Below, piece after piece: positions 10,510 through 20,274 of a stretch of 64,000 nucleotides of DNA (the stretch's first letter is position 1; every line of letters starts with the position of its first letter). The translations under genes and the position numbers were made by a program. Source of the stretch: a candidate division FCPU426 bacterium (GTDB taxonomy: Bacteria; Oederibacteriota; JAAXVQ01; JAUVAV01); NCBI GenBank assembly GCA_030637655.1, contig DAOWGI010000002.1, positions 40,355-104,354 of the forward strand, given 5' to 3'. The notes beneath the pieces are model-generated. The model saw only the letters and a list, made by a program, of their open reading frames with translations. It did no database searches and was not told the origin of the DNA.

Positions 10510-11305
10510 GCCGATCCCTCGGGACCGTCTGGAAGTCTGGCGCAAAAAGTATTATGCCTATTTGGGTATTCCGGTGATTCCGGATTTTCATGAGGCCTTA
10601 TGTCAAACCGGGGAAGCTTTCATGGTGGAAGATGCCGGTCATGCGTTGGGATATGTTATTATTACGCGCGAGTTTTTTTTGCCGAATGTCGCACCGGTGA
10701 TTCCTGAATTTTACTTGGAAGTCGAACAAACACGCTATGCCAGGCAATTGGTGGAGGCGCTGATTCGCGAGTTGGAACCTCTGACTATTTTGGGCCGGAC
10801 CGATGATACGCATGGATTTCCATTGCTGATGGATTTGAGAATTCCTAACAGTGTGGCTTATTCTGTTTATCTGTTAAAAAATGAGCCGCAGTGGGCGGAA
10901 AATGACGAATTACGCATAGAAGAAAGTTCTATGGATGAAGCATTGGATCTGTTGCCATTCTATGCTTCTGTACCGCTGGAGGATGGTGGGATTCCGGACG
11001 AAATGTCTCTGACCAAGAGTTTGGCCTTGTGGCAACATTACCGCTTACGGGTGCAAGGAAACATCGCTGCCGTATGCTATATTATTCCGCTGGTCCGGCG
11101 TTATATTACTGCTGCTACCATTGTGTTGGCCGTGGCACGTAGCAATGGCTACGGACGTTATTTAACAGCCTACGCAGTTGCTCGTGAGATAAGAGCTGGA
11201 AATGTTTTTGTTGCAGCCGGCGATCCGGAAAATGAGGCGGCCCGGGGGTTGATTGAGTCTTTGGGCGCGTGCCTGACTGCTCATTATATTTATTTTCGTC
11301 CGTAG
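10499..11305 (+). CDS. GNAT-family acetyltransferase-like protein
   Basis: C-terminal acetyl-CoA motif ARSNGYGRYL and NEAARGLIESLG; overlaps the upstream gene. Confidence 0.7.
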   Translation: MKLRPIPRDRLEVWRKKYYAYLGIPVIPDFHEALCQTGEAFMVEDAGHALGYVIITREFFLPNVAPVIPEFYLEVEQTRYARQLVEALIRELEPLTILGRTDDTHGFPLLMDLRIPNSVAYSVYLLKNEPQWAENDELRIEESSMDEALDLLPFYASVPLEDGGIPDEMSLTKSLALWQHYRLRVQGNIAAVCYIIPLVRRYITAATIVLAVARSNGYGRYLTAYAVAREIRAGNVFVAAGDPENEAARGLIESLGACLTAHYIYFRP

Positions 11306-11355
11306 TCATAAGGGCGTAAGAGATTTTTCGCTATGTCTGGAATGACATGTAAACC

Positions 11356-11434
11356 GTAGGGGCGCACTGAGTGCGCCCTGAACAGAGCGTAGGGGCGAAC
11401 CTTGCCTGTGCCCGTCTTTTGGGTATGTTCGCCC
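11356..11434. repeat. Two GTAG REP-like units
   Basis: gtaggggcgcactgagtgcgccc (11356-11378, identical to 38580-38602). Then gtaggggcgaac...gttcgccc with an internal gtgcccgtcttttgggtat hairpin that recurs near 34237. Confidence 0.8.
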
Positions 11435-11585
11435 GCCAACGATGTATTTACCGCAGGGATGATCTTTATGATCGCTGTGGGGCTCCATGCGGAAAAATGG
11501 CGTTCTGTCAAATTCAGGGTTGAAGAATATGTGATCTGTGGTTAGAATTAAGAGCAGGTGTTCCTAAATGCGGAGGGTTAACCCA

Positions 11586-12293
11586 GTGAAAAAATTCTAT
11601 GTTTTACAGCATATTGATTGTGAGCCGTTAGGTATTTGGGAAGAAGAACTTAAACGTTGGTATGCCCGGTACGAGTATATTAAAGTCTGGGAAGGAGCAC
11701 CCCTGCCGGAACCGGAAAACACCTTAGCGGCGATAGTGTTGGGTGGTCCTATGAGCGTGAATGACACTGAAAATTTTCCTTTTGTGACAAAAGAGATTGA
11801 GTATTTGCGGAAATTAGTTGATGCCAAAGTGCACGTGTTGGGAGTATGTCTGGGAGCGCAATTGCTGGCTGCGGCCTTAGGCGCTGAAATTTCCAATGGT
11901 TCCAAAGCGGAAATTGGCTATTCGACCATTACTCTGACACATGAAGGAACCGAGGATCGTCTGATGCTGGGGTTTCCTATGGAATTTCCAGTATTCCAGT
12001 GGCATGAACAAGGATTTGAATTACCCAGGGGTGCTAAAAGACTGGCTGGGACAGAAGACTATCCCAACCAAGCATTTCGCTATGAAAATGTCTGGGGTCT
12101 GCAATTTCATTTGGAAGTCACACCGGAAATGGCGGAAAATTTCAGCCAAGCGTATGCCGATATGTTGGAACAGGTACCCAATCTCACACCGCGAAAATTA
12201 AAAGAACAAGCGGCAGTTAATGGCCATATGGTAACCTTGTATGGCCGGCAAGTGATTAGGCGTTTTTGGGATTCTGTAACGACCGGCGATTAA
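11586..12293 (+). CDS. Type 1 glutamine amidotransferase-like protein
   Basis: LGGPMSV, LGVCLGAQL (catalytic Cys), FQWH, GLQFHLE; candidate promoter TTGAAG-17-TAGAAT at 11520-11548; start uncertain (11568/11586). Confidence 0.9.
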   Translation: MKKFYVLQHIDCEPLGIWEEELKRWYARYEYIKVWEGAPLPEPENTLAAIVLGGPMSVNDTENFPFVTKEIEYLRKLVDAKVHVLGVCLGAQLLAAALGAEISNGSKAEIGYSTITLTHEGTEDRLMLGFPMEFPVFQWHEQGFELPRGAKRLAGTEDYPNQAFRYENVWGLQFHLEVTPEMAENFSQAYADMLEQVPNLTPRKLKEQAAVNGHMVTLYGRQVIRRFWDSVTTGD

Positions 12294-12357
12294 TGATGAA
12301 TATTAATTTCCCAGGAACACAACCCCTAGGTAAAGGTTTGTCGACGACAGGGTATTA

Positions 12358-12738
12358 TTGAATAGTGAGAGTATGGCAATGATAAAAACGACTAAGCAGC
12401 ATCCCTGGCAGCTCTTGCTGCTCTTGGCTATTGGAATATTTATTGGTAGCTTTTGGTTTCTTTTTGGTTTTTTGACCGTAGTGGGAGCTTCAGCAGCCTG
12501 GTGGTACTATCCGCTTTCTTTGGCGCCAGGCAGCGCGATAATTTTTCTAGTAGTCATGGCTCGGCGAGCGCCTGTGCCTTATGGTACTGGTTTAATGGTC
12601 CTGGGATTGTCTTTGATTATTTTGTCAGCGGTGCGGGGAAGCTCGGTAGTGACCGGGATCGCCGTTGGAACACCGGTTTTTATCGTAGGTTTATGTTTTG
12701 CGTGGTTGAACAAGATTCTGTCTAAAGTTTCTGCTTAG
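12358..12738 (+). CDS. Hypothetical membrane protein (~4 TM)
   Basis: Four hydrophobic segments; start uncertain. Confidence 0.65.
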   Translation: MNSESMAMIKTTKQHPWQLLLLLAIGIFIGSFWFLFGFLTVVGASAAWWYYPLSLAPGSAIIFLVVMARRAPVPYGTGLMVLGLSLIILSAVRGSSVVTGIAVGTPVFIVGLCFAWLNKILSKVSA

Positions 12739-12800
12739 CCATTTGTCCTGGAGTCCTGTTTTTATACCGAATGGTGTATTCTGAGTTGCCTCGCTGATTA

Positions 12801-12829
12801 TTGACTTTGCGAATCAAACAGTATACGAT
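12801..12829 (+). promoter_or_regulatory. Putative sigma70 promoter
   Basis: TTGACT-17bp-TACGAT upstream of the zinc-ribbon/ClC genes. Confidence 0.5.
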
Positions 12830-12864
12830 CATGATATATTATTTTTAAAAAAGAGGTGTTGAAA

Positions 12865-13107
12865 ATGGCACGATATGTGTATTTGTGTGATACCTGTAAG
12901 CAAAAATTCGAAGTGGATAAACCCATGGCGCAGTCCGGTCAGGTTGAGTCTTGTCCGCAATGTAAAACTGCGGGGGAAAGAGTTTTTACCAGACCTGGAA
13001 TTACCATTAAAGGAGCGCCGATAAAATTTAAAGATGGTGATCAGAGCGCAGAAGCGGGTGGTTGTGATGGATGTTGTCATGACAGCTGTGATATGAAACA
13101 GCATTGA
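12865..13107 (+). CDS. FmdB-family zinc-ribbon protein
   Basis: MARYVYLCDTC...FE...CPQC, plus Cys-rich tail GGCDGCC. Confidence 0.85.
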   Translation: MARYVYLCDTCKQKFEVDKPMAQSGQVESCPQCKTAGERVFTRPGITIKGAPIKFKDGDQSAEAGGCDGCCHDSCDMKQH

Positions 13108-13171
13108 GTACCGCGTGTCAAGGCTGTTTTGGGAAAACGGGTTGGGTCGTGACGGCAAGGAAGGTTAGCTC

Positions 13172-15010
13172 ATGAAAATTTTGCCTTCATCTACGCTTAA
13201 ACGATTATCACATCATTTTGAATTAAATATTATTGGAAAATGGATTTTTATTGGCATCCTGATCGGTGTGGTGGGTGGATTGGGAGCCTGGATTTTTATG
13301 CTCCTACTCAACCTGGTCCGGGCTGTATTTACAACCGGGTTGCTTCATCACTTGGCTCCCCAGAGTGCTGATTTGCCTGGTTATTTTTCCACTTTGTTTC
13401 AATCCAAATGGTGGTGGGTTATTCCCTTGATTCCTGTGGTTGGTGGTCTGATTTCCGGACTTTTGGTTTATCTCTGGGCCCCGGAAGCTGAGGGTCATGG
13501 AACCGATGGTGTAATTCACAGTTTTCATCGGGGTCGTGGATTGATTCGTGCCCGGGTTCCGCTAATTAAAACCCTGGCTTCGGCAGCAGTGATTGGCACT
13601 GGCGGAAGCGCGGGGCGGGAAGGGCCCATTGCACAGATTGGCGCGGGTTTTGGATCTGTGCTGGGACGGTTTCTGAAAGTATCTGTGAAAGATCGGCGTT
13701 TGATGATATTGGCCGGAGCGGCAGCCGGTATATCCGCGATTTTTCAAGCACCCCTGGGTGGCGCTATTTTCACCACTGAAGTGTTGTATCGTAATCATGA
13801 ATTGGAAACCGAAGCTTTAATACCCGGCATTATTTCTTCGCTGACAGCCTATTCTTTGTATACTCGTTTGGTGGGTCGCGAGCAGTTATTCATGATACCG
13901 ACCTTACGTTTTGAACGGGCCGAAGAACTGGTGATTTATACAATTCTTGGTTTGCTCTGTGCCGTGGTAGGTATCGTGTACGTAAAAGTGTTTTATGGTT
14001 TCCGGGATCATTTTTTTAGGCCGTTGAAGATACCGAAGTGGCTAAAACCGGCTTTTGGTGGATTGTTGTTAGGATTGCTGGCTGTTTTTTTACCGCAAGT
14101 ATGGGGTGGTGGATATGACGTCATGCAACAAGCCATGACACATCAATTGACAGCGACCTTAATGTTGCTTTTGGTGTTTGGAAAAATACTCGCAACCTCG
14201 TTTTCGATCAGTTCCGGCGGTTCGGGCGGTGTTTTCGCGCCCTCGTTATTCATTGGAGCCATGTTGGGAGGGTGCGTGGGAGTGACACTGACTGGTTGGT
14301 TGCCAAGTAATTTTGTGCCTGATCCTACAGCCTTGGTGGTAGTGGGTATGGGTGGTTTTTTTGCCGGGATTGCCAAAGTGCCGATTGCCAGCATTATTAT
14401 GGTGTCCGAAATGACAGGTGGCTATGGCCTGCTGGTGCCCATGATGTTGGTATCTACCATTACCGTACTCTTTACGCGTCATCACACCTTGTATGAAAGA
14501 CAGGTACTCTCCACCATCGATTCTCCGGCCCATAAAGGGGATTTTATTACGGATCTGTTGGCCGGCTTATCTACCCGGGATACCAAGGCGTTACAGCAAA
14601 AGCCGGTTACAGTACGTGCAGTGACCTCCCTCAGCGACATGCTGAAAAAATTAAGCGGCAGTGATCAAAATTTGATACCAGTGGTGGATCAACAAGACAT
14701 AGTGGTGGGCATGATTAATTTTCAGGATTTGCGGGATGTTTTGTTTGAGGGGGAGTTGGATTTGAACCTGGTCATTGCTGCGGATGTAGCCAAGACCACC
14801 TTTCCCTTTATCACGCCGGACACAAATCTTCATGAAGTGATTACCAAATTTGCCCAGTACAGCATGAACGAATTTCCGGTGATTGATGCTGAGAATCGTC
14901 ATTTACAGGGCGTTCTAACCAAACATGAAGTCATTTATTCATATAACAAGGAATTGCAGGGTTTTAAGGCCAAAGAGGCCAAGCTGACCAAGCGTGGAGG
15001 ATTTTTATAG
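13172..15010 (+). CDS. ClC-family chloride channel/H+ antiporter with C-terminal CBS pair
   Basis: GHGTD, GGSAGREGP, GGSGGVFAP, multiple TM helices, CBS domains. Confidence 0.95.
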   Translation: MKILPSSTLKRLSHHFELNIIGKWIFIGILIGVVGGLGAWIFMLLLNLVRAVFTTGLLHHLAPQSADLPGYFSTLFQSKWWWVIPLIPVVGGLISGLLVYLWAPEAEGHGTDGVIHSFHRGRGLIRARVPLIKTLASAAVIGTGGSAGREGPIAQIGAGFGSVLGRFLKVSVKDRRLMILAGAAAGISAIFQAPLGGAIFTTEVLYRNHELETEALIPGIISSLTAYSLYTRLVGREQLFMIPTLRFERAEELVIYTILGLLCAVVGIVYVKVFYGFRDHFFRPLKIPKWLKPAFGGLLLGLLAVFLPQVWGGGYDVMQQAMTHQLTATLMLLLVFGKILATSFSISSGGSGGVFAPSLFIGAMLGGCVGVTLTGWLPSNFVPDPTALVVVGMGGFFAGIAKVPIASIIMVSEMTGGYGLLVPMMLVSTITVLFTRHHTLYERQVLSTIDSPAHKGDFITDLLAGLSTRDTKALQQKPVTVRAVTSLSDMLKKLSGSDQNLIPVVDQQDIVVGMINFQDLRDVLFEGELDLNLVIAADVAKTTFPFITPDTNLHEVITKFAQYSMNEFPVIDAENRHLQGVLTKHEVIYSYNKELQGFKAKEAKLTKRGGFL

Positions 15011-15294
15011 CCGGCACCGCGTCGCCGGTCAAATTGAACATTATATATGATTTAAGCGGATAGTTTTGAGACCGAGAATATTAGTACAGCTGGTTTAGAA
15101 AGTGGAAAACGCGATCATTGAACAATAATGACTTTTTTGCAGATTCGGTTTTTGCCTGATCGAGTAAAAAAATTTGGAAAAACAATGATATTCACGTGTG
15201 GATATTCATTGTCAGCAAATCCCAGGCAGGCTATAATGCGGCCTAACCCGGGGTCTAATGATTGAGTTGTTGAGGATTACTGGAGTGGTACAAT

Positions 15295-16230
15295 ATGTTG
15301 ATAAAAAAAATAACTGTGCGGACATTTTTACACCCCAAGCGTGTATTCCTGTATATGCTGATGGTTTTATTTTCGATTGTACCGGCATCAGTTTGGGCTG
15401 AAAAAATCGTAGTCGTTCTCAGCCGGGCATTGCTGCCTTATGAACAAGCTTGGGAAGGGTTTAAACTCAACACCAGCATGAAAGTGGAAAAACTGGACAT
15501 GCAAGGGGATGCGGCAAAGGGTGAAAAAATTATGAGTGGCATCTCAGGAGATTCTGTTGCGCTGGTTGTAACCATTGGTTCAGAGGCTACCATGATGGCG
15601 GGTAAATACTTGGGCGCCATACCAATGGTATATACCATGGTACTGGAACAGCCGAAGATTACCGGGAAAATCAACCGAGGTGTATTAATGCGAGTAAAAT
15701 TAAAAAAGCAACTGGAGACCTTGAACAAACTTTTTCCGGATAACAAGGGTATAGGTGTAATTTATAATCTGCATTATTCAGGAGCGACCATCAATGAAGC
15801 CAGAAAAATTACCAAGGCCTTGAACGCTTATTTGCTTCCGATTGCAGTGGAAAATGTTTCCGATATTCCAAGTGCTTTGAAAAAAATAACCCGAAAAGAA
15901 ATCGGTGTTTTGTGGTCCATTGTCGATGCTACTGTGGCTAAACCAGAGGCCGTTAAAATGTTGATTCAACACGCGCTAAAGGAGAAATTGCCTTTTTTGG
16001 CCTTGTCGCGTTATCATGTGAAAGCAGGCGCTTTAGCCGCTTTGTCTGTGGATTACCAGGACATAGGCGCTCAAACCGCCCACTTGTCAAAAAAAATGTT
16101 GGCCGACGGGACTTCGCAACCAGCCGAGGAACCGCGAAAATTGATTCTGTTCATTAATAAAGAAACCCAAAAAAAAATGGATATTGGTAATTTGCCGGAA
16201 TTAAAAGGCATACAGGTTATCGCAAAATAG
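15295..16230 (+). CDS. ABC-type substrate-binding-like periplasmic protein (ABC_sub_bind family)
   Basis: Signal peptide; VTIGSEA, IGVIYN, VKAGALAAL.VDY.DIG.Q, LFINKET. Confidence 0.8.
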   Translation: MLIKKITVRTFLHPKRVFLYMLMVLFSIVPASVWAEKIVVVLSRALLPYEQAWEGFKLNTSMKVEKLDMQGDAAKGEKIMSGISGDSVALVVTIGSEATMMAGKYLGAIPMVYTMVLEQPKITGKINRGVLMRVKLKKQLETLNKLFPDNKGIGVIYNLHYSGATINEARKITKALNAYLLPIAVENVSDIPSALKKITRKEIGVLWSIVDATVAKPEAVKMLIQHALKEKLPFLALSRYHVKAGALAALSVDYQDIGAQTAHLSKKMLADGTSQPAEEPRKLILFINKETQKKMDIGNLPELKGIQVIAK

Positions 16231-16245
16231 CGAAGGGACAACTGC

Positions 16246-17985
16246 ATGAAGAAAAGAAAGAGTATTAAAAAGTTTATTTTTGTTTTTATTTATTCCTTTG
16301 TTTTCAGTCTATGCGTGGCGTTCTTTATTCCCAGTTTAATCCAGACGCAGCGGCATATAAAAAGTGAGTTTCTAGAGCGGGGCAAGTCATTGACTCGCAA
16401 TATTGCCTTGAATTGTCAAAATGTCATGGGTGGTGCTATGGACCGACAGGCGCTTTTTACTTTGGCGGACAGCTTAATGCGTGAGACGGATATTCTATGG
16501 GTTGTCGTTTTGGATAAAAAAGGCGAAGTGTTGGCTGAGACCGGGACAGTGGATTTTACCTACTTGGTTGAAGAAGTATCAGAACTCGGACATAAAGAGA
16601 AAATCGATCTGCGCGAATTACGCCTTCCGGATGGGAAAAAGGCCATTAATTATTATATCGGCATCCGTAAGAGCGCGTCAGACACTGCGGCCATGGTCAA
16701 TAAGGAATTGTCATTGCTGGAAGGTTTTGGGGGAGAAATGGCGATTCCGGAGCAATCATCCGGCGTGTCTTTTTTGGGGGACGTACACGTAGGCATGTCC
16801 TTGCAAAGATTAAACGCATCCTTTCGGAAGCTCGGTTTGCAACTGCTGATTATTTGTTTGCTGGCCTTGTGTGCCGGCACGGTGGCAGGATCCTATTTTG
16901 CCAAATTCCTGTTGGTCCCCATTAATCAATTTATCGCCCGCATGAAGGATATCGCTTCGCGCAAGGGTGATTTAACCCAGCGTCTTGCCTTGGACCGTGA
17001 TGATGAGTTCGGTGAAATGGCTGATTATTTCAATGATTTTATTCAAAATGTTGCTCTGATTGTGAAAGAAACCGTTCAACTCATCGACAAAATGAATGTT
17101 TCTTTGGAGGAAATATCCGCCACCTCCGAAGAATTGAGCGCGAATGCCGACAATGTAAATGTCACGGTGCAAGGCGTTACCAATGATCTGGAAACGCAAG
17201 AGGGGGAATCCACCACCACGCACAATACCATTGAGCAAGTGCTTACCACCATTTTACAGATTACCCGGAAATCCCAAGATGCCTATCAGGTCTCGGCTGA
17301 GACCAAAAATGTCTCGCGTGAAAGCGGCAAAACCGTCCAAGCGTCAGTAAAAATGATCGACGGAATTTCAGATAGGATGAATTTGATCGAGGAACGGATG
17401 AAGCGTCTTGATCAGTCGTTAGGCGGTATTGGGGAATTTGTGGAGGCGATTCGTAAAGTTGTCTCCCAAACCAACCTTTTATCTCTGAATGCCGCCATTG
17501 AAGCTGCGCGTGCCGGCGAGGCCGGACGCGGGTTTTCTGTGGTGGCGGAGGAAGTGCGCAAGCTCGCGGAAGATGCCAGTTCTGCTTCAGAAAAGATTCA
17601 GAATTTGATTGAAAAAATTCAAGCCGAAGTCAAAGGCACGGGCGAGGCCACACGGCAGGGTACTGAAGCGGTGTCGCAGGGCACTCGCATGGTAAACGAG
17701 GCAGGTGTTTCGCTTGGAAAAATCATGCAGAGCGCCGAGCATTCGGCCGGTGTTTCCGAGGACATCTCCAACAGTCTGACACAACAATCCGATTCCCTGA
17801 AGGGTATGATAGGGCAGGTGGAGAAGGTGAAAATATTGGTGAAGAATAATTTTGTGGCTGCGCAATCGCTAACTGCTTCCGTGGAAGAGCAAACTGTTTC
17901 ATTTGAACAAATCACTACCTCGATTCAGAAATTAAGTGAGGATGCGCAAAATATTCGAAAATTAGTAGTGGAATTTAAAATTTAA
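16246..17985 (+). CDS. Methyl-accepting chemotaxis protein
   Basis: Two TM segments, HAMP domain, signalling tip [35 protein letters not shown]. Confidence 0.96.
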   Translation: MKKRKSIKKFIFVFIYSFVFSLCVAFFIPSLIQTQRHIKSEFLERGKSLTRNIALNCQNVMGGAMDRQALFTLADSLMRETDILWVVVLDKKGEVLAETGTVDFTYLVEEVSELGHKEKIDLRELRLPDGKKAINYYIGIRKSASDTAAMVNKELSLLEGFGGEMAIPEQSSGVSFLGDVHVGMSLQRLNASFRKLGLQLLIICLLALCAGTVAGSYFAKFLLVPINQFIARMKDIASRKGDLTQRLALDRDDEFGEMADYFNDFIQNVALIVKETVQLIDKMNVSLEEISATSEELSANADNVNVTVQGVTNDLETQEGESTTTHNTIEQVLTTILQITRKSQDAYQVSAETKNVSRESGKTVQASVKMIDGISDRMNLIEERMKRLDQSLGGIGEFVEAIRKVVSQTNLLSLNAAIEAARAGEAGRGFSVVAEEVRKLAEDASSASEKIQNLIEKIQAEVKGTGEATRQGTEAVSQGTRMVNEAGVSLGKIMQSAEHSAGVSEDISNSLTQQSDSLKGMIGQVEKVKILVKNNFVAAQSLTASVEEQTVSFEQITTSIQKLSEDAQNIRKLVVEFKI

Positions 17986-18075
17986 TAACCCTTTTTTTCT
18001 TGATTTTACCAGCAGCAATACATATCATACTACGACCATCTGAATTTCAAAAAACATCTAAGGAGTGATGATGCG

Positions 18076-18648
18076 ATGCATAAGGTGAAGGAATTGTGGA
18101 ATCGTGTGGTATTTCGTGAAGCTGTTGAACCGGATAGTGTTTATGAAAACAGACTGTCAACCACCGAGGTGAACGACGGATACTTAAATCTGTCCAATAT
18201 GGATATTCCTCCGCGTTGTTATATTGATAATGAGCTTCTGCATGTGGTCATGATTAATGTAAACGGTAAAAATGAGGAACCGGTTACGTTTCGTTGTCTG
18301 CAACGCCGGGCCACAGGAAAAAAGGGCAAGGTGTTTAAACGCCAGCGTTTTTGGCCGATTGGCTTTGGGCTGAAGGAGTGGTTCCATAAACAAGGTGTTG
18401 AGACCGGGGATTTGATCCTCATGGCCGTGGCTACGAAGTGCAATTACCTGATTTTTCGGGCGATTCGTCCGAAAACCTTTATTATTCTACATGATCGCAG
18501 AAACGATGAACGGCGTGATTTGGAACGCCGTTTTGATGATCGCCGTAATACTATTGTGCATGTTAGTAATGACCGCCGGGCTAAAGAAAGACGTCGTTTG
18601 GATCGTCGGACTCTGGAACGCCGGGAAGAAAGCGATCTGAAAAAGTAA
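18076..18648 (+). CDS. Hypothetical protein with C-terminal [D/E]RR repeats
   Basis: AAGGAG RBS; tail DRRNDERRDLERRFDDRR...DRRAKERRRLDRRTLERR. Confidence 0.75.
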   Translation: MHKVKELWNRVVFREAVEPDSVYENRLSTTEVNDGYLNLSNMDIPPRCYIDNELLHVVMINVNGKNEEPVTFRCLQRRATGKKGKVFKRQRFWPIGFGLKEWFHKQGVETGDLILMAVATKCNYLIFRAIRPKTFIILHDRRNDERRDLERRFDDRRNTIVHVSNDRRAKERRRLDRRTLERREESDLKK

Positions 18649-18837
18649 CCAAGTTTATTTAGTTAACCATATTATCGTGTTGACGCGAATAATTATTCGT
18701 ATGGCCTCTAAAACCGAAATGGAAATTTCATAAAATAGAAACCAGCGATTTTAAAATACGCCTTAAATCATGGAATCGGTCCAAATCAAAATCAACCTTT
18801 TGGATTATTTTATTTTCGTCATTGCCGGCAACGCGGA

Positions 18838-18867
18838 TGTAGGGGCGTTTAATTAAACGCCCCTACA
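18838..18867. repeat. GTAG REP-like perfect palindrome
   Basis: tgtaggggcgtttaattaaacgcccctaca. Confidence 0.88.
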
Positions 18868-18941
18868 CAAACGATATACTTGCCCCTCTGCTTGTGGTCG
18901 CTGGAGTTTATTGTTGTGAGAATATTAAACGAGGTGAGAAC

Positions 18942-19304
18942 ATGTTGTATGCACTGGGAATGATTGTGATTGGACTGGCGGCGGGAACAGCCAGCGGAGC
19001 GTTTGGGATAGGTGGCGCGATATTAATTATTCCTGTTTTGGTATATTTGGTTGGAATGGAACAAAAAATAGCTCAGGGAACAACACTTTTACTTATGTTG
19101 CCGCCTATAGGCCTGTTGGCCGCTCTGGAATACCTACGCCGCGGTCAGGCGGATTGGCAGGCTGCAGTATGGATCTGTGTTGGATTTTTGGTTGGCGGAT
19201 ATATTGGCGCTAAGTTAATCGCAGGATTGTCTCCCATCCTGCTGAAACGTACTTTTGGGGTATTACTGTTTTTGGTGGGATTGAAAATGATATTACGTCC
19301 CTGA
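18942..19304 (+). CDS. Half-size TauE/SafE (TSUP) family membrane protein
   Basis: GLAAGTASGAFGIGGAILIIP, AQGTTL..MLPP; GAGGTG RBS before ATG 18942. Confidence 0.88.
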   Translation: MLYALGMIVIGLAAGTASGAFGIGGAILIIPVLVYLVGMEQKIAQGTTLLLMLPPIGLLAALEYLRRGQADWQAAVWICVGFLVGGYIGAKLIAGLSPILLKRTFGVLLFLVGLKMILRP

Positions 19305-19432
19305 GATTATGAATTGGATATGGAGGTAAATACGCGGGATAATTTTTACGAACTTCGGAATAGGTATACGTAATAAAATAAAATATGTTAGAATAAATAA
19401 TAAGGTTACGAATGTTGAAGGAGGAAAGTGCA

Positions 19433-20248
19433 ATGGAAAAATATCGGGAGTCGAGAAAAGAAATACTGCTGGTGCCGGTTGGAAAAGTCTTGGTTGACAT
19501 TTTAGGCGAAATTGCAGTCGCCTTGCGGAAAACATATAAATTTCATGTCCATATTGGCAGGTCGGAAGAACCCGGCATGGATGAGTATTCGGATGAACGT
19601 CGGCAATACGATGCTAAAAAACTATTGGCTTTACCGACGGCGCGAAAACGCGATAGTCTGGTGGCTGTGCTGGGTGTGGTTGACGCGGATATGTTTGCCG
19701 GGGAAAAAAGTTTTGTTTTTGGTTTGAATAAACCGGAAAAAGGAATCGGTATTATTGCTTTGTCCCGGCTGCGTGAGGAATTTTATAAAAAACCATCCAA
19801 TTCGGAATTGTTTTTACGTCGGGCTGTGACAGAAGCCATTTATCAAGTTGGTATGGCAATGCAATTATCTCCCTGCGTTATGAAAAAATGCGTCTTGCTG
19901 CCCACAACCACATTATGGCGCTTAGACAGTAAAGCGCAGACCTTTTGCGATGCCTGTCAAAACCGAATGGAGCAAAAGTTACATCCCACGGCTGAACCAG
20001 CGGATAAAAAAAAGGAACCGGAAGATAACCTTGAAGACACTATCAGCGAAGGTCCGGCTGGTGAAGAAGTTTTAGCAGATCCAACAGAGTTACAAATCGA
20101 GGAGAAACGTCCGGAGGACGAATCCGAAATATCCGCCGAACTGGTAGAACCGGAAGGTCCGATTGCCGCCGAGGCTGCTGCCATACATACTGAAACCGCC
20201 GGTCCTGAGGAACCATTGGTCGCAGATGCTCAAGAGAATGAAAAATAG
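19433..20248 (+). CDS. Archaemetzincin (M54)-like protein, apparently lacking HExxH, with an acidic C-terminal tail
   Basis: RRQYDA, VVDADMF...FVFG, IALSRLR, C..C-VL, FCDAC; YQVGM at the HELGH position. Confidence 0.8.
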   Translation: MEKYRESRKEILLVPVGKVLVDILGEIAVALRKTYKFHVHIGRSEEPGMDEYSDERRQYDAKKLLALPTARKRDSLVAVLGVVDADMFAGEKSFVFGLNKPEKGIGIIALSRLREEFYKKPSNSELFLRRAVTEAIYQVGMAMQLSPCVMKKCVLLPTTTLWRLDSKAQTFCDACQNRMEQKLHPTAEPADKKKEPEDNLEDTISEGPAGEEVLADPTELQIEEKRPEDESEISAELVEPEGPIAAEAAAIHTETAGPEEPLVADAQENEK

Positions 20249-20274
20249 GGACCACTTGGTAAGCGTATCCCTCT

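Noticed and set aside
13108-13171. Possible fluoride riboswitch ahead of the ClC gene
   Set aside because: No consensus match, and the channel has GREGP rather than the GREGT typical of fluoride exporters.
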